Below are positions 11,333 through 21,827 of a DNA stretch of 64,000 nucleotides, piece by piece (position 1 is the stretch's first letter; each line of letters starts with the position of its first letter). Source of the DNA: Phyllosticta citribraziliensis (lineage: Eukaryota); contig NW_027117351.1 of NCBI RefSeq assembly GCF_038025025.1, positions 310,001 to 374,000 on the forward strand, written 5' to 3'. The notes below the pieces were generated by a model that was given only the letters and a program-made list of their open reading frames with translations, searched no databases and was not told the DNA's origin. Made by a program: the position numbers and the translations under genes.

Positions 11333-12390
11333 ATGTCCGCGTACGCCAGCCCTGCGCCGTCGGATTCGAACAATGAGCCCAAGAAGATCACCTTTAGGTT
11401 CTGCGAGGACTGGTAAGCTCACCTGCGCGTCCACATCTTGGAACAATCACTGACAAGCCCAGCTCCAACCTGCTGTACCCGCGCGAGAACAAAGAGAACA
11501 ACACGCTCCAGTTCGCCTGCCGAACCTGCTCCTATGAGACCGAGGCTCAGTCGTCGTGCATCTACCGCAACGAGCTGAGCAACACAGCCGCCGAGACGGC
11601 GGGCGTGACGAGTGACTTGGGCCAGGATCCGACGGTTAGTAACACCTATGCTGGCAGCGCGATGCACCCCAACATCATGTCCACCACCAACACAAGCCCC
11701 AACCACCACCACCCCATGGACGACGACGACGAAGACATGGACCTGGATTCGCTGGCCGACGTGCCCTCGTTTTGCACCATGTGCGGGCAGGAGATATTCT
11801 GCGGCATGTGCGGCCAGGAGACCAAGGACGCGGGCCTGTTTATCGAGGCCGACGACGAGGAACCCGGCGTCCTCCACGCCAGCCGCCCGCCGCGCGAAGT
11901 CCACATGCCCGACGCTCTCATGGCAGACCACCGCTACTTCGACCTTGACGAGGATTACGACGTAGACGACGACGACGACTTCGATGCGACAGAGCCGCCC
12001 TACCATTCCCAGCAACACCCTCACCCCCAATGATCGTCCGCGCCCTCCATCACCATCCAGATTTCTTGCCTACTTGTACTTGTATACTTTGCTTTACAAA
12101 TCACCACCTGCACTACCACATGCAACAGTCGTTAGTCGCGCCGAGCTTCTCGTCGAGCTTTGCCCGCTAACTTCTTGCTCGTTGTACATAGCTGCCTAGG
12201 ACGAACCGCCCCTGTCCCAAGTGCGGCGAGACCGAGGCGGTGTTCTTCCAATCGCAGCAGCGAACCGCCGAGACTGGCATGGTACGTCTTCTCCCCGCGT
12301 CAGCAATGCCTTGCAGGACTGACTCGCGCGTGCCTTTAGAAACTCTACTACGTTTGCGTTAGCCCGAGCTGTGGCTACGTCTGGCAATAG
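11333..12390 (+). CDS. RPB9: RNA polymerase II subunit Rpb9 (canonical isoform)
   Basis: Exons 11333-11412, 11463-11634, 12192-12281, 12340-12390 give FRFCEDCSNLLYPRE...FACRTC...[27 protein letters not shown]...MKLYYVC..PSCG, i.e. both zinc ribbons. Confidence 0.97.
11635..12033 (+). CDS. RPB9: Putative alternative Rpb9 C-terminal coding region inside intron 2
   Basis: The frame of exon 2 continues 132 codons through the GTTAGT donor, with coding-like codon usage, acidic tracts and a CTMC-GQEIF-CGMC motif. TGTA elements follow the stop. Confidence 0.6.
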   Translation, partial: VSNTYAGSAMHPNIMSTTNTSPNHHHPMDDDDEDMDLDSLADVPSFCTMCGQEIFCGMCGQETKDAGLFIEADDEEPGVLHASRPPREVHMPDALMADHRYFDLDEDYDVDDDDDFDATEPPYHSQQHPHPQ

Positions 12391-12772
12391 GCGACTGTCC
12401 ACGGACCACGTCCATCCAGGGTGTGGGGAGATTGGTCAAGGATATCATAATGCCACGGAATTACCGAGATCAAAAATGAAGGGAAATGGAGTCTCAGCAT
12501 AGGACGGGAGTTTATTGCTCATTGGAGCGGGGAAATTTTTCATGTGTTTTTCTGGGAGGCTTTTCTACATGTTCTGTCTTCTTCTTGATGATGTCCTGGG
12601 AGGCGTTTTGGGTGCTGATGCAAAAAGAATCTGGCGGTGGGTTCCTGATACCCTGATTCCGAGCACTGCTGCTCTAGATGAGAATATGTCGTTGTTGTAC
12701 AATTGGATATGATACTCCTTTTCACTCCGATGCCCCTTTTGAATCGTCTCTGCGTGGTATATTTTGATTGGT

Positions 12773-13671
12773 TTATACGTGGGCCGGCGCCATGGAGAGA
12801 ATCTTGGACCACTGCGTTTTCCTGAGCTCGGCGCCCACGACACCTGTACGCAAGACAATGTCAGCCCTGACACCAAAGACTCCCATACATCCTTCTCGTC
12901 CAATGTCGTCCGCCGTCGTCCCGCCCCCGTCGCAGCTGAATGGGGAACCGACTCACCGTTCAAACGCGTGCCAATGGGCTCGCCATTCTTGTTGATGAGG
13001 ACGCAAGCGTTGTCGTCGAAGCGGACGACGCTGCCGTCGGGGCGCTGCAGCTTCTTGGCCGTGCGCACGACGACGGCGTGCCGTATGTCGCCGCGGCGCA
13101 CCTTGTTTGCGGCGCTCACGGCGACGCTGCCGCCGCCGGACTCGGGCCCGAAGCTGCGCTGCTTTTGCACGACGACGATGATGCGTTCTCCTGTGGGTGG
13201 GTAGCGGCTGTTAGCGTGGTTGTGTGGTGGATGTGCGTGGTGAAGCGCGGAGGCGCGCGTTTGGAGTGCGCTGTTGCGCCGCGTTGGGGGTGCGTTGGGA
13301 TGGGTGATTGCTCTTTGACGCGCTCGTCTGAGTGCTTGTTCGGAGGTCGTGCGGCGTCTAGATGCGGCGGCGCGCTGTTGGGACTTGGTATAAAGTGCCG
13401 CATACGAGCGGTGGTGCATGACAGGACAGGGCAGGGCAGGCGGAGGAGCAAAAGAAGTCGTCTCGTACCGATTTTGGCGGGCCGCTCGGCGCGCATGACC
13501 TTGATGCACTCGACAATGGCGGCGCCCGAGTTGTCGATGCAATTGATCAGCGACTGTGGTGAAGCGTCAGCTTGGAGGCTTCGTCGTGGGGGTGCCGTGT
13601 TCGCCGCATCGGTGGACGTCGAGTTTGACTGCGGCGGCGGTTGGGCTTGGGCGTACCTTGAGCTGAATCAT
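12773..13671 (-). CDS. MRPL38: Mitochondrial ribosomal protein uL14m
   Basis: Four exons give [16 protein letters not shown]...[13 protein letters not shown]...[15 protein letters not shown]...[10 protein letters not shown]...[23 protein letters not shown]. Confidence 0.95.
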
Positions 13672-14229
13672 GGTGACGGACGGAGCACGCCCTCGTCAGT
13701 CTGCGCTGGGGGCGATTGGGGAGAGGCGGCGTTTGAGGTAGTGTAGCAGTGGTGTTGGCGGAGAAATCCGCGCGGGAACTTGACTTTCTGAAAGGATGTA
13801 CCGTCCGGTAGCACATGGGCGTCGTCCGAGCTGGCGGTTCTCGGGATGCCTGACATGACCCCAGCCTTCTCCCCTCGACTCTCTCCTCTCAAAACCTACA
13901 TGTACCTACTCAGACGCTTTGCCTGTCCTCGCGCCTCTCGCCCACGCCAATATCCATGTCGTCTGCGCTACGGCGGTAGCGCCCTCCCTCCCGCTTCCCT
14001 GGCCGCTGCTCCAAGTCTCTTTCACTCCTCCTCCCATGCGTCCATCTGCTGTCGCTCTCGACTCTCTCCCTCGTGATCTTCTGCGCTTGCGCCCTGCAAC
14101 GCACGCTCCCCCTACGTCACCCGCTCTCCTATTCTCTCGCACGTCTGCTTTTCTTTCACTGGCGTCTCTCTCGTCCTTGGCCCACGCTTCCGTCCTCGTC
14201 TCGTCTGCGTCCGCTGGCAAGCTCGCAAC

Positions 14230-16904
14230 ATGTCCAAGCGGGACAAGGAAGCGCCCTTGAAGGAGGCTCTCGCGAAGAAGGGCGGCTTGACTTTGTCCCA
14301 GCTAGCTCACTACGACGATCTCGCAACAGACGCCCTCGTGGACAAGGTAAGACGCGCCGCGCCTTGCGCCGTGTCCCAACGTTTCGAGGCTGACACGGGC
14401 GCCCTCAGGTCTACTTTTGGACCACGATCCGCAAGAACCGCTTGCGCTACTCTTCGCTCCGTGGCCTCAATGACGAAAAGGTCGCCGACTTGCTCCGCCA
14501 AAAGGTCATCATCGGCAAGGACCCGGCCAAGGCGCTGCAGCTGCTCCTCGAGGAGCCAGCCTTGAAGAGGAATTTTCAGCGCCTCGGCACCAATGACGAG
14601 CGCGAGCATTTCAAGCGCCATTTGCGCAAGTACATTAACATTTACATGCCCGACTGCCCCTGGGAGGTTGCGACGACCAATCGCTACACCATCACGCAGC
14701 ACGAGGCCGCCGTCTACGCGAGAAAGGACATTCGCAAGCACGAAGTCATCAAGTACCTCTGCGGCATCCAAGTCGCCCTGACCCAGAAGGAGGAGGAGAA
14801 GCTCGACGTGAACAAGAGCGATTTCAGCATTGTGAGGAGCAGCAGGAAGAAGACGTCGTCACTGTTCTTGGGCCCGGCCCGCTTCGCCAATCACGACTGC
14901 GAGGCAAATGCCCGCCTCACCACCAACGGCCCCAATGGCATGACCATCGTTTCCGTGCGCGAAATCGAGTCTGGCCAGGAGATTACCGTTTCTTATGGCG
15001 ACGATTACTTTGGCGAGGACAATTGCGAGTGCCTGTGCGCCACGTGCGAGAAGTATCAGAGGAACGGATGGGATCCGGCCAGGAGGGAGGAATCAGAAGA
15101 AGCAGAAGAAAAAGAAGACGACGCCCAGGATGAGGAAGATGCGGTGGAAGATGAAGAGGCGGCCAAGAGCAAGGAGGTCGAAGAGACGGAAGCCGCCCCC
15201 GATGTGAACTCGGCCTCAGGAACCCCATATTCGTCAAGGAAGAAGAGAAAGTGCCCGATGGACGCCCAAGCAGACCCGCAGAATCAAGATTTGGGTGGCA
15301 AGAGGAGACAACTGGAGATGGCACCAAATCCGCCACCCAGGTCTCCCAGTTTCTCCCCCGTCCGGAGTAGAATCGGTACTGTTGTCGAAAGGCCGGACGA
15401 TTTTCAACTCATGGAGAATGTTTTCGGGTCTATGAAGTTCGATTTTGACAACGACATCTGGAGTCCGCTTTGCCCCCCAGGCATTCGAGATCGATATTGG
15501 GAAAATTGGAAATCAGTCGCTTGGCCAGACCGAGATACGGATTTGGTGGCGGAACGTGCCCGGAAAGAGCCAAGGTCGACGATGTGGCGAGAGTATATTG
15601 AAATATGTTGGAGCACCGTCCGTCCACCGGCCTGCTGGGACCATGCGAAGCTAGGGGACGTGTTCTTGCGCAGAGTTGATGAAATCTACCGCCACATGAA
15701 AAAGGTGGAGGAATCGAAACCGATAAAGGAATCGCCATCGACTCGCATCCACGGATACACTTCAACAAGCACGCAGACTGATGATACTACGACAAGCGCG
15801 CAGCATGTCTACACTACAACGAGCACGCAGACTGACGATGCGCTCTGGGGACAAGATCGGGGTCGCAAGAGGAGGAATTCCACGAACGATGGAATCAAGA
15901 AGGTTGCGCGGCCCAGACAGCGTCACAGTGTCTCGTCCATGTCTTTTCAAGAAGCACATGGAGCCGCCTACGCAAAGCTCACGACACTTCGAAATCAACA
16001 CAGATTCCATGGTTCTGTTATCTCGGAGTCCGATTCCTTAAGCACGGACTCACCCGCCTCTTACGACAGTTCGCCGCCATCTTCTGATTCGACTGCTGCG
16101 ACCTCCGCTGATGGTGAAGCTGCGGCTGTGGGTTTTCCTGCATCTCGGTCAAAGACGAGGCCTGGACAAGACGCTGCAGGCATCACCATCCACGTCGATA
16201 GCTCTGCCGCCGAAGGACCTTCGTCAACGCCCATCTCCACTTCCATCTCCGAGCTCAGCGAAATGTCTGACAACGTCGCCTTTGACGATGCCAACCAGCG
16301 GCTGGTCCACCACGAGCGGCCACGCACGCCGCCCCGCACGCGGTCCCGTTCGCACAACAAGGACCTCCCGCCCACGTCGCAGCCGGCCGCGCCGATCCCC
16401 ACGATCGAGAGCAGCAGCGGCTCCGCGGCCGCGCCCACCGCCTTCGACCCCAACCGGCGAGTCCCAGGCGACTACACGCTGACGCCACTCCTCCTGTGCG
16501 CCAAGTACAGCCGGTGGGTATCGTGCCGCACGTGCGACGGCGATTTCGTGCAAGAAGACGCGTACCTGACGCGCGCGGCGTGCCCGCGCTGCGAGCGGCA
16601 CTCGAAGCTGTACGGCTACGCGTGGCCCAAGACGGAGAAGGACGGCCGCTGGGACACGGAGGAGCGCGTGCTCGACCACCGCGAGATCCACCGCTTCATC
16701 CCGCCCGACGAGGAGCGCGAGATGCGCAAGGGGCGCAAGAACCTGGCGGCCGAGATGGTCCGGCGCCACGGGAGCGCGGCGGCCAGCGAGGCGCGCGAGC
16801 GCGATGGGTCGCTGAGGCTTGAACCGGACAGTGAGAGCGGCGAGGGCACGCCGCGGAGGGCGACGCGGCGCACTAGGAGTAGGCTGAGTATGGGAACGAA
16901 GTAG
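14230..16904 (+). CDS. SET9: Histone H4K20 methyltransferase Set9 (Suv4-20 family)
   Basis: Intron 14347-14408. Motifs [29 protein letters not shown], SET domain LFLGPARFANHDC...EITVSYG..YFG..NCECLCATCE, and a C-terminal CRTC...CPRCERHSKLYGYAWPKT block. Confidence 0.96.
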
Positions 16905-18533
16905 GCGCGGCGGTAGACGTAGAGGTAGAGGTAGCGACGTCGTTTTTTGGGCGTGGTGGAGGCATGCGTGATGGGACAGTCGAGCACGACTATTGGTGCA
17001 ATGGACACAACCTATGCAATCGATGCAATGGATGGAATGGCTTCGGTAATCGCGAAGAACGGTTTGACCACATCTCCCTGTCTCTTTCTCTCTCTCTCTT
17101 TCCTCTCTTCCTCTTTCCTCTCTTCCTCTTCACTCTCTCCTCTCCTATCACCTCTCCGCCAAGGAAAGGCGTGTGGCATAGCATAGCACGGAGTACATGT
17201 AACATTTCCAGCTTCTGCTGCGGTGGAGATGGAGTCCGGGGGTGGCTTGCTTGCTGGCTGGGAGTACATACACACAGAAGCATATACATAGGGTTCTTTT
17301 CTTCTTCTTCCTCCTTCCCTTCTCAACCGTCTCCTCCGCTTCCTTTTCATCCGTTCAATCATCGCCTCATCCAACTATTTTGCTACGGTCCATCGATAGA
17401 GGGAGAGTGGGACTAAAAGCAAGGAGTGAAGTAAAAGGGAAAAATACGCGTGTAGACTTAGTGTAGTACTGCTCAGTGAAGCGTAGGCCAGGCCAGTTCA
17501 GTTTTCTTGATTGCCCTTAATAGTCCTTGGTCAATTGAGCGGGTAGGGTACTTGTAGCTACAGCAAAGGAAAAAAGCAAGAGAGCAAGGAATATGCGAAT
17601 CGAGGAGGTAATAGACGGCGGATAGCGGGGTGTAATGACGAGTGCATGTGAGTAGTAGAGGAGGGTCATGGGTACAAGTTCAGAAGGAGAGGCGCAGATT
17701 TAGTCTTTAATCAGTAATCCCTCGCGCGTGCATATATCTCTAGCAGTTTCAGTGTATCAAAATTTGTCCTCTCCCCTTTTCTTCTCTTCTGTTCTTGCCG
17801 TGATGTGACGAAGGGGTGGTTTAGAACGACACTTTCTAGTCACTGCTTACTTTGCATGCATACGACAGCGGTGTAGTTTCATACACAAACCATCAAGCTC
17901 CCGGTTACAGAAAGACAAGATGGAGAGGGGGGTTTGATCGCAGTGCTCCGATCTTTGGTTTGGAATGTAAGGTAGGTAGGTGAGTACCTCAGCAGCGAAG
18001 GTGGGAGTGCAGAGTCACCGTGCCATGCCAGAGGATCGTATGAAGTCCCAGCACAGCACACCACGCCACGGCGTCTCTGCTCTGCCATGTCCGCTTCAGC
18101 ATCAGATAGACAGACAGTCCAAACGGTCAGGCAAAATGCATCAATGCATCAATCAATCAGTACCAATCTAGGTACATCCACTTCCCGGTCCGTCCCCAAA
18201 ACAACAACCGTATAGCCCTTGTCCCGCCTGCTCGCCTGCTCAATGCAACCAGCCAGCCAGCCCAGCCCAGTGCTCTCCGTACGCCATGCCACCATCCATC
18301 CATCCATCCATCCATCATGGAATCATACGGTATAATATAAGTGATGAACAAAAACAAGCGGACGGGCGTTTGCCAACGCCACCCGCCGCCGCCGTGAAGG
18401 GAATAGAAAAAAGGGAGAAAAAGGACATGCCTGCAAAGGAAAAGAAGAAGGACTAGAAGAAGGTGTAGGGGTGATAAAGGCAAAACACCACGACAGCAAC
18501 AACAACGACCGAAAAGAGTGGACAAAACAGCGC

Positions 18534-20260
18534 CTATCCCACACCCACCCCCGCAACACCATTGACGCCGCCCATGCCCGCAGCATTCAAGCTCGTCTTT
18601 CGACTGCCTCCGCCTGCTCCTCCACCTCCTGCGCCACTACTACCGCCACCTCCTCCCCCTCCAGACGTATTGGGCGACGGCCCAGGCAACTGGCCGGGGA
18701 GAATCTGGCGCGGCCCACCGCCGCCGCCACCGCCCACGTTCCCCATATTGGACTGCCGGCGCGCAGCCACCGCGGCAGCGTTGGCAGACGACAAGCCCAT
18801 GGCCGCCACGTCGTCGCCCGCGCCGAGTCCCATCGCGGAGCCGGGTCCCGCGGCGGCGGCTGCTGCGGCGGCGGCCGTTGCGTTGGCAGAGGACGACGAG
18901 TTTGTGCCAGCGCCGCCGGGCGTCATGAGGGGAGGCGGCTGGTGCGGTTCACCAAATATGGCACCGAGGAGGCCGAGGCCGCGGTAGGCGGCGGGGGGGA
19001 AAGTAGATGAGGACGAGGACGAAGGCATGGTGTGCGGGTCTGTAGATGCGGTCGACGGGGGCGGCGGCGGCGCGCCGGTGGAGAAGAGGCCGGAGCCGTT
19101 GCGGCCGCCCATGCTCTGCTGCAGCATCTCCTTGATGCGGACGTTCTGGTATTTGGAGCGCGTGGCGATGAGCGGGCGCGTGACGAGCGGCGCCGGGCGC
19201 GAGCGCACAATGGCCGCCATGATGGCGTCCTTCTCCTCGTCCGAGTCGATGGGCGCGTGGTTGTCGAAGTCGTCGGCCAGCGGCGCGTTGGCGTCGATGG
19301 CCGCGCGCTGCTGCTTGGCTTGGTTCTTCTTCTGATACTGCGCCAGCAGCATGTCGTAGGGCAGCGAGCGGCCGGGCACCGCGCGCTTGGCCCCCATCGA
19401 GTGCGATTTGCACGTCAGCGAGCGCGCGCACATGCTGCCGTTGGGGAGCAGCACGCCGCACTGCTTTTCCACGTCGACCGGGCCCTTGGCCTTGGCCTGT
19501 TTGGCCTTGGGCTCGTCCTTCTTCTTCTTCTTAGTAGCCGGCGCCTTCTCCGCATCGCCATCTGCCTTGCGCTTCTTCGTCTTCTTTGCCCCTGTGTGAT
19601 CTTCCAGCGCTCCCTTGGCGCTCTTCCGCGCGTTCTTGGGCGGACCCTCATCCTCCGACGGGAGACCCTTTTCGCGGCGGATGGCGGCTTCCTTTGCCTC
19701 CTTTGCCTCCTTCTTCTTCTTGAGCTTAGCCTGCTTCTTGTCCAGGCAGTCCCTGATATGGTCCTTGGCCGACGTGCGCAGGACGGGGCGCCGACAGTGG
19801 CGGCATTGGACCGTGTCGAGCTGGTCGTCCAAGGGGCGGTTGGTCGTGAAGGCGGCGAGGATGTGTTCGTTGAGCGAGTTGACTAGCGGCGACGTCGAGC
19901 CTCCCGGGGCCTCAATCTTCTTATTGTTCGCATCTAGACATCAGGGTGTCAGCATGCGGCCATGAATAGCAGCGCGCGCGCAGGCAAGCGTACCGACAAT
20001 CTCGCTCTCCTTCCAGTTCCCCGGCTGCGTCTGCCTCGCCGCCGACTGCTTGAGCTTGATCTTGAGAGGCTTCCTCTCCTTGTCCTTCAAGACGGCGTCG
20101 GCGGCGTGTGCGTCGACCAAGCCCTGCTTGCCCATGGAGCCCGGGGCGGTTGGCGCTGTGTCCGACTTGTCAGCTCGAAGCCGTCGCAAGTGAGGCGAAA
20201 GCACGCGAGTGCGGGCAAAAGCAGGTGCGACGTACTCTTCCGGGCGCCGTTCGCCACCAT
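18534..20260 (-). CDS. SGF73: SAGA deubiquitination module subunit Sgf73 (ataxin-7/SCA7 domain)
   Basis: Introns 20156-20235 and 19934-19993. N-terminal zinc finger CRHCRRPV...HIRDC, SCA7 domain VDVEKQCGV...CARSLTCKSHSMGAKRAVPGRS, and a long Gly/Ala/Pro-rich tail. Confidence 0.95.
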
Positions 20261-21827
20261 GATTCTAGCGAGATGCGTATGTGTTGGGCGTACAAAGCGG
20301 GCTCGGGGGAGCTGCTGCGAAAGTTGGATGGTGTAGGAGGTCGTGTGGGGGAGATGGATCATCGGCCAACCCCAGCCTTCCATTCCGCCCGGGAGCGCCG
20401 CCGCCTGACGCCACGCCACGCCACGCCACGGCCCTACCTACCGTGCCTCCAACAACAAACTACTGAAGACAAAGCTACGTAGGCATGAATTGAATGTCTG
20501 TTTTTTCCATTTGCTATTTAACTAGGGTTTAGCGTCATGGTAGTGGTTCACTAATATGATGAATAGCGGAAATGCACGCATTTATAAAGTGCGGACATAA
20601 TAGGGCACAGTAGTGACTACCTTAAGGCTCAGAAGCACAAGCAGCAATCACTCGCGAACAAGTGTATAAATACTCTTTACCACTGTCCCTGACATACGCA
20701 CACTAAAATACTCCGAAATTCTTCTAAACCTCTCACCACAACTAAAACAGCGGCAAACAATTGCAACCTCGACACGACACTCAACCCGTAAATATCACCG
20801 CACCACAACGAGGAGACACAGAAAAGAACAACACTCAGGCACCACGCAACGCCATCAATTGCACTCCATAGCATTGCACTCCATTCAGTTCAATTCTATT
20901 CCATTCCCTTTCACTCCCTAGGTACCTCCTGTCATAGGTAGACGACCCAAAACCTGTCTGTCCACCCCAGGCACAAAGGCGTATACACGTACGCACCGCG
21001 TCCAAACACCCAGCAGCCCAGCGCCAAAGACACACACACCCACACACGCCACCCTTCTACACCCTCTCTGCCTTGTTGAGCCAGTCATCACCACCGCCAA
21101 GCGTGCGTGCGCACGTGCATCCGTCATGATACGTGGGAAGACAGTTTCGCGACCGTAATTCGAGCCGATTCATTCAGCTAGACTCGCAGCTCCCTCGCGT
21201 TCACCACTGGCTCCACATCACCGCTCGCTCGCCCGCCCGAGATACGTACATACACGCGCCGTAAAATGCTCATGAGGAGGAGAAAGTAGCGCAAGCAAGC
21301 AAAGAGAAGAAGAAGGGGAAAAGGGAAGAAGAAGAAGAAGCAGCAAGACAAAAGATCTTTGCATTTATGACACGAGCGAGCACACACAGACGAAGCGGGG
21401 ATTGAGACGACTGATGAGCACGGTATACGCGCTTTCGTCGATGCTCGTAGTCTGTGCAGGAGGGAGGAATGGAGAGAGGCAGTGGCCCGTCAGTCGTCTG
21501 AACGGTGGCGAGGTTGCACAATGCACGTGCCCGAGCTTCTCTACGTGGATCTATCGTTTTGTGAAAAGGGCCGGTCAATGGCGAGGAAGAGTCTCCACGC
21601 CGGGGCTGGCGCAGTAAAGTTTCGAGAAGAAGTGGAAGAGCGCCGCGTCGGCTGCGTCGGGTAAGAATTGTAGTCGGGTCGGGGCATTTTACAGGTACGC
21701 AGGTCGGGCGACAAGCTGATTTTCGCGTCATCCAGGGTCGTGTATCGTGGCAGGCTAACAGCGCTCGCGCGGACGGCTCATTCGGCAAGCCAGCGTCGAA
21801 GGAGGGTCGGGTTCAAGATCGCCTCCA

